From a virus (taxonomy: Duplodnaviria; Heunggongvirae; Uroviricota; Caudoviricetes): 33,753 nucleotides of DNA. Position 1 is the stretch's first letter; every line of letters begins with the position of its first letter. The DNA is taken from IMG/VR virus record IMGVR_UViG_2579778538_000002; one strand, written 5' to 3'. A program made the position numbers and the translations under genes. Below the pieces are notes generated by a model. The model was not told the origin of the DNA. It ran no database searches and saw only the letters and a program-made list of their open reading frames with translations. Below are positions 1 through 8,888 of the stretch, in pieces.

Positions 1-347
1 CATGTTACCGTGACGGAATTCCACCTTGCAGGAACTGGCACTGACTCTGGTCTGAGTGGAAGTGGATAAAGACGGCGCAATGGCCGCCACAGGTTCTTTC
101 TGCTCATCCGGCGTTATTTCTACAGGTAATAATTCAACGCCAGTGTCAGAAGAGGTCGTTACCGGAAGACGCCGCGAAACACGCCCTTCGTTCTGCCAGA
201 GCCTGAGCCATTTGAAAATAACATTATCATTGACGCCATTTTCACGTGCAATCTGTGCAACACAAGCTCCAGGTTGTGATGCCAGTTCCACCATACGAAG
301 TTTGAATTCATTCGAATAGTTTTTACGAGGTTCTTTTCGCCAGTCCT
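1..347 (-). CDS. IS-element transposase OrfA-like protein (HTH, IS3/IS66-type), 5' part only; continues beyond window start
   Basis: Minus-strand frame open from ATG at 347 to position 1 (not in ORF track because no stop in window). Translation MELQDWRKEPRKNYSNEFKLRMVELASQPGACVAQIARENGVNDNVIFKWLRLWQNEGR has the pattern of insertion-sequence OrfA helix-turn-helix proteins (compare IS911 OrfA ..FSAEFK..). Family assignment from memory, not searched. Confidence 0.5.
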
Positions 348-443
348 GTAATTCCATACTTAGATGTCCGTCTATATCAGATGGGCGTCTAAGTTACCAA
401 TTCTCGTCTGATGGCTACATACGGCGGTCAGTTTACGCTTACC
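348..443 (-). mobile_element. putative IS terminus and leader upstream of the transposase orfA
   Basis: About 95 bp non-coding between the gpI-like stop (449) and orfA start (347); on the transposase strand the segment begins GGTAAGCGTAAACTG, which could be a terminal inverted repeat. Other IS end is outside the window. Confidence 0.3.
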
Positions 444-448
444 CATAA

Positions 449-1027
449 TCAACTGCTCCCGTGGTTATAACTGCCATCATGGATGGCGGTATTGTTATAG
501 CGAATGGCCACAGACTGATACTCCAGGCTGGCCAGATGGCAGCGGGCCGGTGCAAATGCAGCCAGCGTCTGACGCAGCATCGCGGCCTGATCGTTAGTAA
601 TGGGCTGTTTCAGAATAACGCGATAAACTGCCCAGGCGGCTGCATCTCCATGAACAAACAGTCCGTTATAGCTGCGATTGCCGTCGTAACTGAGACGACC
701 TGTGCCTTCAATCAGATCCACTTCACCAAAGCCAAAACGGCGGATAACTTCCCGGATTGACCACGGCGTCCCTTTATACCGGTGCAGTTCGATGGCTGCT
801 TTTATAAGCATGCGGCGAACATCGTCCGATTCCGCCAGCTCCCAGCCATCGCCAGACAGTGAGAACTGCTCGCCCAGCCATGGCAGCGCGGAACTGTCGA
901 CGATATCGACGAGAAAGACCATCAGTACGCTCAGGTCGATGTTATCCAGCCGTCCTGCCAGTCTTCCCAGCGTCCTGAGACTGATATCACCCTCAAGCGG
1001 TGGCGGGAGTTGTAATGGCTCAGTCAT
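449..1027 (-). CDS. baseplate/tail protein, P2 gpI-like (Mu gp48-like)
   Basis: 192 aa ORF immediately after the gpJ-like gene with overlapping stop/start; size and position match P2 gpI / Mu gp48. Confidence 0.65.
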   Translation of the reverse strand: MTEPLQLPPPLEGDISLRTLGRLAGRLDNIDLSVLMVFLVDIVDSSALPWLGEQFSLSGDGWELAESDDVRRMLIKAAIELHRYKGTPWSIREVIRRFGFGEVDLIEGTGRLSYDGNRSYNGLFVHGDAAAWAVYRVILKQPITNDQAAMLRQTLAAFAPARCHLASLEYQSVAIRYNNTAIHDGSYNHGSS

Positions 1028-2123
1028 CAGACACTCCAGTCATGTTAAGAGTGATTGCCGTACAGTTTGCCCATTCGTTTTCTGCCACCACCCGCAGTGC
1101 CGGTGTCACCAGTTCAACCTGGTACACCCCGGAAACGGACAATGCACTGATAATCTGGCTGGGGACAATATCGCGCCCCAGCGTGGCGGCACGTGATGCC
1201 ACCCAGTTCTGTATGGCGCTGTTAGCGGCATCTTTTACAGACCTGGCATCCTGATCACGATAGATCGTAATCCTGGCTTCAATGGTGTAATCCACCTTCA
1301 CTGGTGTTTTAGCCCGCACTGTATCAGTGAGTGGCCTGACTTTCTCATCAGAGCAGAAACTCTCTACCAGCGTGAGAACACCGCCGTCCGGCAGACCGGT
1401 ACTGAGCAGCGGATACAGATCTACGGTCCCGGGAACCGGGGAAAGCACAGCAACATCGACAATGTTGGGATGGGCCTGCATGGCATGAAAGCGGTATGCG
1501 CCACGGCTTCCGGCATTGGTGAATGACTCCGGGGCCAGCCTGATACGCTCCCGGAGCCTGTCATCGTCTTCCTGTTCTGAACCGCCGGAACTGGCCATCA
1601 GATTGCTCACCAGCAGGTTAACGTTATCAATCTCATCGAGTAACTGACTGACCTGCGCAGGTTGCCAGCCGTTACCAGCGGTACCGGGTTCGGTACAGGT
1701 GGCCGTGACATTGACCAGCAGCAATCCGGCCTTCAGTACCACATCTGTATCGGTGGCAAAAATAACGCTGTCGGAAGCGCTGACGCGGGTGCCTGCCGGG
1801 ATCAGCACATCAATGGCCAGTGCCTCATCTACGGAGAACTGGAGCGTGGTGGTGGCAGGCTGCGCGGCAAGACGGTATACACCGACCAGTTCACCGAGGT
1901 AATCAATCATCGGCTCACGGGCAAAGGCGACCAGATTCTGCTTTGCTGCCTCCTGTACCGCAACCCTGACCAGCATTTCGCGATAGGCCCACAGATCAAT
2001 CAGCAGACGTTCTGCCTGTGCCGGGTACAGCGTTTTGCCGGTATCCGCTTCATACTTCGCAATCATTTCTGCCGTGATTTTGTCGGCATCGCGTTCAATA
2101 AAATCGGGTTCTGTCAGCGCCAT
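1020..2123 (-). CDS. baseplate J-like protein (P2 gpJ / Mu gp47-like)
   Basis: 367 aa; position after the gpW-like gene; translationally coupled (overlaps neighbours by 8-10 nt). Confidence 0.75.
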   Translation of the reverse strand: MALTEPDFIERDADKITAEMIAKYEADTGKTLYPAQAERLLIDLWAYREMLVRVAVQEAAKQNLVAFAREPMIDYLGELVGVYRLAAQPATTTLQFSVDEALAIDVLIPAGTRVSASDSVIFATDTDVVLKAGLLLVNVTATCTEPGTAGNGWQPAQVSQLLDEIDNVNLLVSNLMASSGGSEQEDDDRLRERIRLAPESFTNAGSRGAYRFHAMQAHPNIVDVAVLSPVPGTVDLYPLLSTGLPDGGVLTLVESFCSDEKVRPLTDTVRAKTPVKVDYTIEARITIYRDQDARSVKDAANSAIQNWVASRAATLGRDIVPSQIISALSVSGVYQVELVTPALRVVAENEWANCTAITLNMTGVSDD

Positions 2124-2461
2124 AGCAGCTCCTGAGTCCGGGTCTGTCCGTCTGAGCCTTTCCAGCTCACCCGGAGCGTAAGATGTTCGCCGTCGACGGC
2201 GGGTTTAACTGACATAAGCTGGCAGCGGGGCTCCCAGCGCCGGATGGCATCGACGGATTCGCGCACCACATGCGGAATGGCCCGGTCTACAGGCCAGTCG
2301 ATATAAAGATGCAGATTGCTGCCGAACTCCGGGCGATGCGGGTCGCTGCCGCGGGGAGTCCGCAGGATAATTTGAATCGCCTGCCGGATATCATCCAGCC
2401 CCCGGACAATTTCGCCGGGAGCCTGCAGGGCTGGTTGCCAGAATACTGAGGTTGTTTTCAT
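2114..2461 (-). CDS. baseplate protein, GPW/gp25 family (Mu gp46-like)
   Basis: 115 aa, typical size for gpW/gp25, sits between gpV-like and gpJ-like genes. Confidence 0.7.
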   Translation of the reverse strand: MKTTSVFWQPALQAPGEIVRGLDDIRQAIQIILRTPRGSDPHRPEFGSNLHLYIDWPVDRAIPHVVRESVDAIRRWEPRCQLMSVKPAVDGEHLTLRVSWKGSDGQTRTQELLWR

Positions 2462-2515
2462 GGGGGCAGTATTGCCCCCGTGCGGGAACGCTGATATTAA
2501 AGGCGTTTAAAAAGC

Positions 2516-3112
2516 TCAGTGGGAGTGGTGGCTGGAGTTTTCGCCATCAGACAACATACTGCCCGTGGCATGGACATTCCCTTTAATCTCGATATTGCCA
2601 TGGATGGTCGCGGTAACACCTTCACCACCAGAACCCGCCATGCCTCCTTCGTAAATCAGCTTACCCCTGACACGCAGATCTCCGGTAAGTTCGGTTTCCG
2701 GTGCGTCAATCGTGGCTTTCTGTGTTTTCAATACCACATCAGCACCACACTCAATGACAATATGCTCAATGCCGCCCCGGATGATCAGAGTGTGCGTCTT
2801 CCGGTTGTAGCTGTACTCTGCACCATCAGCAAACCGGGTTCCCCGGATATTTTTGTCACTGAACGGTGGTTTATCGACGTCTGAATACACCGCGCCCAGA
2901 ATAACACCATCCTCGCCGTTGGCATCGAGCAGCACCTCAACCTGCTCCCCCACGTCAGGGAGCCAGTAATCTTTGTTATCCTGGGTATTGCGCTGCAGCA
3001 CGTTAAGCCAGTTTGTGCGCAGGTTATCGCATTCAGGCAGACGAACGCGGGCCTGAACCCTGTCGGCATCAACGGCACTGACCGTACCGACCTGACGAGT
3101 GACACCAGTCAT
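2516..3112 (-). CDS. baseplate spike/assembly protein V (P2 gpV / Mu gp45-like)
   Basis: 198 aa; N-terminal OB-fold-like region followed by a Gly-rich C-terminus (GGMAGSGGEG), typical of gpV spikes; follows the gpD-like hub gene. Confidence 0.7.
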   Translation of the reverse strand: MTGVTRQVGTVSAVDADRVQARVRLPECDNLRTNWLNVLQRNTQDNKDYWLPDVGEQVEVLLDANGEDGVILGAVYSDVDKPPFSDKNIRGTRFADGAEYSYNRKTHTLIIRGGIEHIVIECGADVVLKTQKATIDAPETELTGDLRVRGKLIYEGGMAGSGGEGVTATIHGNIEIKGNVHATGSMLSDGENSSHHSH

Positions 3113-4263
3113 TTTTTCTTCTCCTTAATCACCGTCGATGTACTGCCATCCGGGTGATAAACCGTGAGTTTCTGAGTTTTTTGTTTTTTCCCTCTTGTGA
3201 CTGGCCCCCGTGCCACTTCCAGCTCTGTGGTGTAGCCGCTGTTACGGTCAAACGCATGGCGGGCAGTGGTTATGAGCCATGGCCCGGATAACTGCCCAAA
3301 ACTCACCAGTTCAATTTTGTTGCCTGCTGTCAGTTGAGGTGTTCCCGTCAGCGTCAGGGAGCCGTTCTGCTGGTATTCGTTATGTCTGGCCAGTGCTGAA
3401 TCCGCTTTAATCCGGGCACTGTCCGGGTCGCTGACGCGGCTGTTAACTTTAAGTGAGTCAGCGCTGGTAACCTTACCACCTTTGAGCTTTTTGTCGCTTT
3501 CACGGGTACCACCATCAGCTTCGTAGACGATCAGTTTTTTACTGCTGCTTTTCTGGTGTTTTACCTTTGCAGATTTATAGACCCGGTTGATGGTGTCACG
3601 CAGGGAAAAGCGGGCCACATCCTGCGGTTTTAACTGCCTGACCGGCTCCTGACTGCGCAGTGTGGCCAGATGAGAAAAAATCAGCTGGTCACTGACCACT
3701 TTCACTGCATAACCATACTCGCTGGCCAGCCGGCGCAGAAAACCCACGTCGGTTTCAGCATACTGGGTCACCCGGTCGATTCTGATGGACTCAATGCTGC
3801 CCACCAGTTTCAGCCGGTGCTTTCTGGCAATCCGCCCCGCAACAGCTGCCAGCGTGGTGTTCTCAAAACCACGACTGGTTTTAGTCCGCAGGGCACTGTT
3901 AACCGAGGTGGCCACCCCACGGATAGAAACAACGGAAGCGGGCGAACTCACTTCGATCTCGTCTATAGAGAACGTACCGCAGGACAGCAGCTTCTCGCCC
4001 TGATAGCCCATTTTCAGCGTCAGCGTGTCACCCTTGCCCGGATACCATTTATCCAGCCAGCGGCCATCGGTGTCGTCCAGCTCCACCTCAATGGTATCGG
4101 ACTCATTTTTGATGTTATCGCTCCAGGTCACACGGGTGACATAAGGCGCGATATCAGAGGTGATGTTTTTCTGCAGATACCACAGAGTGAACACCGGTGT
4201 CAGCACATCGCTGACGCCGGTTAACGCTGATGTGACTTGCGCAGTGCTGTTTATCTCAGCCAT
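3109..4263 (-). CDS. baseplate hub / late control D-like protein (P2 gpD, Mu gp44-like)
   Basis: 384 aa, size and position as P2 gpD (tape measure - U - X - D order). Confidence 0.7.
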   Translation of the reverse strand: MAEINSTAQVTSALTGVSDVLTPVFTLWYLQKNITSDIAPYVTRVTWSDNIKNESDTIEVELDDTDGRWLDKWYPGKGDTLTLKMGYQGEKLLSCGTFSIDEIEVSSPASVVSIRGVATSVNSALRTKTSRGFENTTLAAVAGRIARKHRLKLVGSIESIRIDRVTQYAETDVGFLRRLASEYGYAVKVVSDQLIFSHLATLRSQEPVRQLKPQDVARFSLRDTINRVYKSAKVKHQKSSSKKLIVYEADGGTRESDKKLKGGKVTSADSLKVNSRVSDPDSARIKADSALARHNEYQQNGSLTLTGTPQLTAGNKIELVSFGQLSGPWLITTARHAFDRNSGYTTELEVARGPVTRGKKQKTQKLTVYHPDGSTSTVIKEKKK

Positions 4264-4466
4264 GGGGCAATATCCTCTTCTGTACGGGCTTCTTCAGCCT
4301 CAATCACCGGGATCAGTAACAACAGCCCGGAGGGCAGCACCGGCGTGATGGCCACGTGCGGATTGGCGGCAATAATCCGGGGATAGCCCAGCGGGTCACC
4401 GTAGTACTGCCATGCCAGCGAATCCCAGCGCTCTCCGTCACGGGTAACATGTTCAAGAAACATCAC
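4251..4466 (-). CDS. tail protein X-like (LysM-like small tail protein)
   Basis: 71 aa, overlaps both neighbours; size and position as P2 gpX-family tail protein. Confidence 0.55.
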   Translation of the reverse strand: MMFLEHVTRDGERWDSLAWQYYGDPLGYPRIIAANPHVAITPVLPSGLLLLIPVIEAEEARTEEDIAPWLR

Positions 4467-5347
4467 ACACTCCTCGTCAGTATTCTGGCGGCCATTGCAC
4501 TTAATCCCGGAGACATGCGGTTGAATGCTGTGCCGACGGCGTTAAGCTGCCCGGAAACGGTATCCAGAGCACCTGCAATATTTCTTTTGTCCACACCACT
4601 CAGCGCAGACTGTGCCTGCTGTACATACGTGGCTGCTTCGCTGGCTGTTCTGGCCAGACTGATGGCATCGGGCATGGATTCAGAGAGTGCGTTAAACGCC
4701 GGAACACTTTTCCCCAGAGCCCCGGAGATATTACCCAGTCCGCTCATCAGCCCCGGCACACGGGTCAGTGCGACAACGGGGTTATCCTTCATTTTCTGTG
4801 TCACCCGAACGGCGCTGATAGTGGTCTGGAGTACAGACTGCGCCTGTTTCGCATAGTTGACGCCGTTGCGGATGAACTGCGCCACCCCTGAAGGTGAAGG
4901 TATGGCACCGGAGACCGCCCCGACACCCGGGAGCTTCGTGCGTATTGCCGGTGGTTGCAGAGGATTTTTCGGGTCACCGGTGTATTCCCGGAGAGACACG
5001 GTGGCACTGACAGCCAGCACGTTGCCGGTACTGTCAGTCTGCTCGCTGGTTGCAGTCACATCGGTGATCACGAACCAGCCGCGATAGTCACCGTTGCCGA
5101 AGACCAGCGCCAGTGCCTGATGGGCTTTCATGGCTGTTCGCAGTCTCGCCAGCTCCACATCGGGTACACAATAATGCTGATGGAAAACCAGAGTTATCTG
5201 GATTTCGTCCAGCCTGTCGCCGACGAACTGCAGACCAGGCTTACCCCCGATGCGGGCATGCTCCGCATAATCGACGCCGAACGTGGCCTCGAAGCCGTCC
5301 CAGTAGGTAATCAGCTCAAACTCAATATCACCCAGTACGGCAAACAT
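4463..5347 (-). CDS. tail formation protein, P2 gpU-like N-terminus (Mu gp43/N region)
   Basis: 294 aa; N-terminus MFAVLGDIEFELITYW...GKPGLQFVGDRLDEIQITL resembles the gpU signature (..LG.F.F......FQFLG...I.L.G); starts 1 nt inside the tape measure stop. Confidence 0.55.
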   Translation of the reverse strand: MFAVLGDIEFELITYWDGFEATFGVDYAEHARIGGKPGLQFVGDRLDEIQITLVFHQHYCVPDVELARLRTAMKAHQALALVFGNGDYRGWFVITDVTATSEQTDSTGNVLAVSATVSLREYTGDPKNPLQPPAIRTKLPGVGAVSGAIPSPSGVAQFIRNGVNYAKQAQSVLQTTISAVRVTQKMKDNPVVALTRVPGLMSGLGNISGALGKSVPAFNALSESMPDAISLARTASEAATYVQQAQSALSGVDKRNIAGALDTVSGQLNAVGTAFNRMSPGLSAMAARILTRSV

Positions 5348-8298
5348 CAGCGGTACTCCTTACGTTGTTTCTGAGCCAGCAGACGCTCCAGCATTTTTTC
5401 CAGCTCATGCAGACTCATATTCAGGGCACCAGTCAGTCCTGCAGGCGCTGTGGTTTCCCTGCCATTGAGGAAAAACTGAGGATTAAAGCTGACCTGGATA
5501 CCACCAGACGTTCCACCGCCGGTTGCAGCTGCACCACGGCCTGAATATCCGGCAGCCAGGATTTCAGGCGAGGGGATACGGGGAACATCCGGTGTCATCT
5601 CATTTGCCAGACGTTGCCCTGGTAAAATCGATGCCCGGGTGGAGAGCGGAATAGCGGGCATGGAAGACAAACTATTGATTACGGCTCCGATCGCATTTTT
5701 AGCAGACGACATAAACCCATTGATATCGGGCAACGGCATACTGAAGCGAACACCTGAAGTGTTATCCCGTATTTCTGGCCCCTGAATGCTCACGGGCATT
5801 CTGGGGAGCAGTTCACTGGCCATTCGCTGCCCGGCCAGAGCTGCAAGCGGAGTGGTCCGCTGCAGGCCAATGGCGGCCCCCTGCGCGATATTGTCACCAA
5901 AGCCCATAAACACGCGGCTCGGCGAATGAATGCCCAGCTTTTCGCTGAACCAGCCACTGATGCTGTCGCCCATTCCGGTTACACTGGATTTGAGCGACTC
6001 CCATTTGTTTTTGATACCGTTAATCAGACCATCGACAAGATGGCCACCGAAGTCGGTAAACTTTGCCGGCAGATCAACACCAAGATATTTCAGCGCAGCT
6101 GCAAAGGCTTTATAGAGCAGACCTGCCGGCGACCAGTTAATCAGCAGCTTACCAGTTCCCGCGATACCGCCGTTAAAGGCTTCCTGAATGTCAGCCCAGC
6201 ATTGTTTAAACCAGCTACTGATGCTGTCACCCATTCCGGTTACACTGGATTTGAGCGACCCCCATTTGTTTTTGATACCGTTAATCAAACCGTCGATAAG
6301 ATGGCCACCGAAGTCGGTGAACTTTGCCGGCAGAGTAACGCCGAAATATTTCAGCGCAGCCGCAAAGGCTTTATAGAGCAGGCCTGCCGGCGACCAGTTA
6401 ATCAGCAGCTTACCAGTTCCCGCGATACCGCCGTTAAAGGCTTCCTGAATGTCAGCCCAGCGCTGTTTAAACCAGCCACTGACTGCCCCCCAGTTGCGGT
6501 AGATAAGGTAAGCTGCTGCCGCGACAGCGGTGATAACGAGACCGATGGGATTCATCATCAGCGCTCGCCCAATCCAGAGAACGGCACGTGCAGCGCTCAT
6601 AAAACCGCGAACGAGGCTGCCCGCCAGAACTTTGCTGAGTTTCAGTCCTCCGCTGGTCAGTCGGCTGAATCCAGTGACAAGCCAGCGTAATTTGCCACCT
6701 TCTCCGAGTGCGGTAGTCAGTCGATGCCAGTTGGTCCGGAGTAAAACAGCAGTTTTCCAGACGTTCACAAAGGGGGAAATAAGGAGATTCAGCCCCAGTT
6801 TGAGACCAACAGTCGCTATCTTAATCGCAAGGAGCGCACTGATGAGCTTAAAAGCCCCACTGACAAATTGCGGGTGAGTCGCCACCCAGTGTTTTGTCCC
6901 CTGAATGAGTGGGAGCAAGTCCTGAGTCAGAGAAATAAAAGATGGAGCTAATTGATCGCCCAGCGTAATTGCCAGATCGCGACTGCTGACCATAAGTGTT
7001 TTAGTGGCTTCAAGGGGAGATTTCAGCCGCTGATCATAAGCACTGGCAAGCAAATCGTTATCCGCAGCCCTGAGAGCACCGGCACGGATCTCTCGATATC
7101 TGTCCATGTTGGCCAGCATCGGGCGGATAAATGCCATGACCTGCATATCCGCGAACATATCGCCCAGACCAAAGTTTTTCGCCAGAGCCTGAAGTGCCTC
7201 ATCTCTTGCCGTATCATTCTTTATTTTCATGGCTGATTTGAAGCCGGCCAGCGCTTCGGGGCTTTTGGCATTGAGGTAACGTTCTATAACACTCAACATC
7301 CCTTCAATCGGAGAGATCCCCGCAGCTTTATAACTCGCAATAGATCCCTGCAAATCAATACCCAGATCAGCAAACTGTTTCTGAGTATCGCGGGCAAAAA
7401 TTTTGGTAAGAAAGTTTTTAAAATTATTGGCTGCTTCGTCGGTGGAACCTGCACCGATTTTTGCTATCTGGAGACTGGCCCCGATTTCAGCAACAGCCTC
7501 TTTTCCACTGGCAATACCCGCCATCATTGGGGCCAGGGACTGCATCCACTTGACCTGATCCGGGATTTCAAATGACCCCTGGTCACCGGCATAAGCCATA
7601 ATATTCTGAACGGCACCAAAATCTCTGGCCGCGCCTTTCAGGGAGTTTTGCCAGACTGCGGCCACTTTTGCCCAGTCCTGAGCAGACGTGCGTGTTGCCG
7701 TTGCCGCGCGGGCAATATCCGGCATCAGAAAACCGATATCTGACACATTATCAATATTGTCGCTGATGAGTGAACCCATCGCCTCCTGCAGCTCATCCTG
7801 ATACTGATTGTATTTAAGCGCCCAGCCTTTTATCTGTCCGGCAAGTGCATCCCGCGTTTTATTGTCATATTTTGCGGTGATCGACATATCAATCATTTTG
7901 TCCTGAAAAGACATGGACTGCTGAACGGCAGGGGAAACCGTATGATAAACAGTCTGTGCCATGCCATACGCTTCAATCCCCTGACCATACAGCGCCATGC
8001 GGTTAGCTTTCAGCGCATCACTGGTAGCGGATGCCGCTGACAGACGGCGCTGCTGGCGCTCAATTTGCTCCATGGTGCGGCTTACCCGCAGCAGCTCGCT
8101 GTTGAGATGCTGCATCCGGGAAGAACCCAGTTGACCATAACGTTCTGTTGCACGGGTTAAAGCGTTCTGACGTTCCTGCAGGCGGCGTGAGGTATCGCTC
8201 AGGGAATCAAGCGCACGGCGGGTACCGCTCATTGCAGAACGGAATGTGCTGCCAATCATCCCGCCGATAACAACGCCGACTGAAAACTGTCCCGACAT
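5347..8298 (-). CDS. tail tape measure protein
   Basis: 983 aa, largest tail gene, directly downstream of the frameshifted chaperone pair; helical N-terminal third, hydrophobic central segment, internal tandem repeat; GGAGG Shine-Dalgarno about 10 nt upstream of ATG. Confidence 0.85.
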   Translation of the reverse strand: MSGQFSVGVVIGGMIGSTFRSAMSGTRRALDSLSDTSRRLQERQNALTRATERYGQLGSSRMQHLNSELLRVSRTMEQIERQQRRLSAASATSDALKANRMALYGQGIEAYGMAQTVYHTVSPAVQQSMSFQDKMIDMSITAKYDNKTRDALAGQIKGWALKYNQYQDELQEAMGSLISDNIDNVSDIGFLMPDIARAATATRTSAQDWAKVAAVWQNSLKGAARDFGAVQNIMAYAGDQGSFEIPDQVKWMQSLAPMMAGIASGKEAVAEIGASLQIAKIGAGSTDEAANNFKNFLTKIFARDTQKQFADLGIDLQGSIASYKAAGISPIEGMLSVIERYLNAKSPEALAGFKSAMKIKNDTARDEALQALAKNFGLGDMFADMQVMAFIRPMLANMDRYREIRAGALRAADNDLLASAYDQRLKSPLEATKTLMVSSRDLAITLGDQLAPSFISLTQDLLPLIQGTKHWVATHPQFVSGAFKLISALLAIKIATVGLKLGLNLLISPFVNVWKTAVLLRTNWHRLTTALGEGGKLRWLVTGFSRLTSGGLKLSKVLAGSLVRGFMSAARAVLWIGRALMMNPIGLVITAVAAAAYLIYRNWGAVSGWFKQRWADIQEAFNGGIAGTGKLLINWSPAGLLYKAFAAALKYFGVTLPAKFTDFGGHLIDGLINGIKNKWGSLKSSVTGMGDSISSWFKQCWADIQEAFNGGIAGTGKLLINWSPAGLLYKAFAAALKYLGVDLPAKFTDFGGHLVDGLINGIKNKWESLKSSVTGMGDSISGWFSEKLGIHSPSRVFMGFGDNIAQGAAIGLQRTTPLAALAGQRMASELLPRMPVSIQGPEIRDNTSGVRFSMPLPDINGFMSSAKNAIGAVINSLSSMPAIPLSTRASILPGQRLANEMTPDVPRIPSPEILAAGYSGRGAAATGGGTSGGIQVSFNPQFFLNGRETTAPAGLTGALNMSLHELEKMLERLLAQKQRKEYR
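5950..6471. repeat. in-frame tandem duplication, 2 x 261 bp, inside the tape measure gene
   Basis: Two adjacent 261-nt units starting near 5950 and 6211, about 94% identical (about 16 mismatches); a third unit begins at 6472 and diverges after about 10 nt. Encodes a duplicated 87-aa block (WFKQRWADIQEAFNGGIAGTGKLLINWSPAGLLYKAFAAALKY...). Confidence 0.9.
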
Positions 8299-8373
8299 AG
8301 TGGTTAACCTCCGGGGAAGGTGAAAAGACGTGAGGGGATAACGCAGAACAGCCGCTACTGGCGGCTGTCTGTA

Positions 8374-8791
8374 CTATGATTTGTCGCCGTACTCGCTTTT
8401 GATTTGCTCTTCAGCCTGCTCCAGCCACATCTCCAGATCGTCAGTATCGAGGGCATCAATCTCCCCCGGCTGAAACCGGAACCATCTCGCCAGCAGCCCC
8501 TGCGCCTGCGTCAGCGCCCTGGTTGCTCTCACCCATCCCCGTGATGAGCTGAAATCGTTTCTGTAACTGCAGGTAATCAGCCAGATCCATATTGTCGAGA
8601 TCCTCCGGGAGAAGACCAGTACTGCGGGCAATCAGCGGTTCGTCCCAGTCTGCCGGGTTTTTGCTGATTTTGCGCACCTGCTTCAGGTCTTTTACCGTCA
8701 GGCGTTTCAGTTCAACCAGCTCAATTCTGGTGCCTGCAGCAGTGGTGAAGGGATAAGACAATTTAAAAGTATCGGATGGGGTCTGTGACAT
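8374..8791 (-). CDS. frameshift-extended tail assembly chaperone (gpE+E' / gpGT analogue), +1/-2 shift near 8461-8469
   Basis: The +1 frame stays open for a further 29 codons past the 8456 stop. The shift must occur in the overlap; the G5 run CCGGGGGAG three codons before the stop is the obvious slippery site. Predicted fusion about 139 aa. Confidence 0.45.
8456..8791 (-). CDS. tail assembly chaperone (P2 gpE / lambda gpG analogue)
   Basis: 111 aa ORF immediately upstream of the tape measure gene, with AGGAG Shine-Dalgarno 8 nt before ATG; a second ORF (8374-8631) overlaps its 3' end in the +1 frame, the conserved chaperone arrangement. Confidence 0.6.
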   Translation of the reverse strand: MSQTPSDTFKLSYPFTTAAGTRIELVELKRLTVKDLKQVRKISKNPADWDEPLIARSTGLLPEDLDNMDLADYLQLQKRFQLITGMGESNQGADAGAGAAGEMVPVSAGGD

Positions 8792-8849
8792 GATTGTGCT
8801 CCTGTGTAAGTTCAGGGCAGTATGTCGGGAGAAGCGCGTGACGGATATT

Positions 8850-8881
8850 AAAGGAGATTAAGAAGAAGGGGCCGGAGCCCC
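8850..8881 (-). terminator. candidate intrinsic terminator/attenuator between the tube module and the chaperone/tape measure genes
   Basis: 6-bp GC stem AGGGGC-CGGA-GCCCCT (about 8866-8881) followed on the minus strand by the pyrimidine-rich run TTCTTCTTAATCTCC. Confidence 0.35.
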
Positions 8882-8888
8882 TGTGATG

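Noticed and set aside
56-319. Plus-strand 87-aa ORF at the left edge
   Set aside because: Antisense to the better-supported minus-strand IS OrfA-like reading frame, which has a recognisable HTH transposase pattern.
5950-6481. Possible CRISPR-like repeat array
   Set aside because: The repeat unit is 261 bp with no short repeat-spacer periodicity and lies in frame within a structural gene; it is a coding tandem duplication. No CRISPR array was seen elsewhere.
5926-6690. Plus-strand ORFs 5926-6690, 5930-6115 and 6188-6376 with near-identical translations
   Set aside because: They are antisense to the tape measure gene; the duplicated translations simply mirror the 261-bp tandem DNA repeat and are not independent genes.
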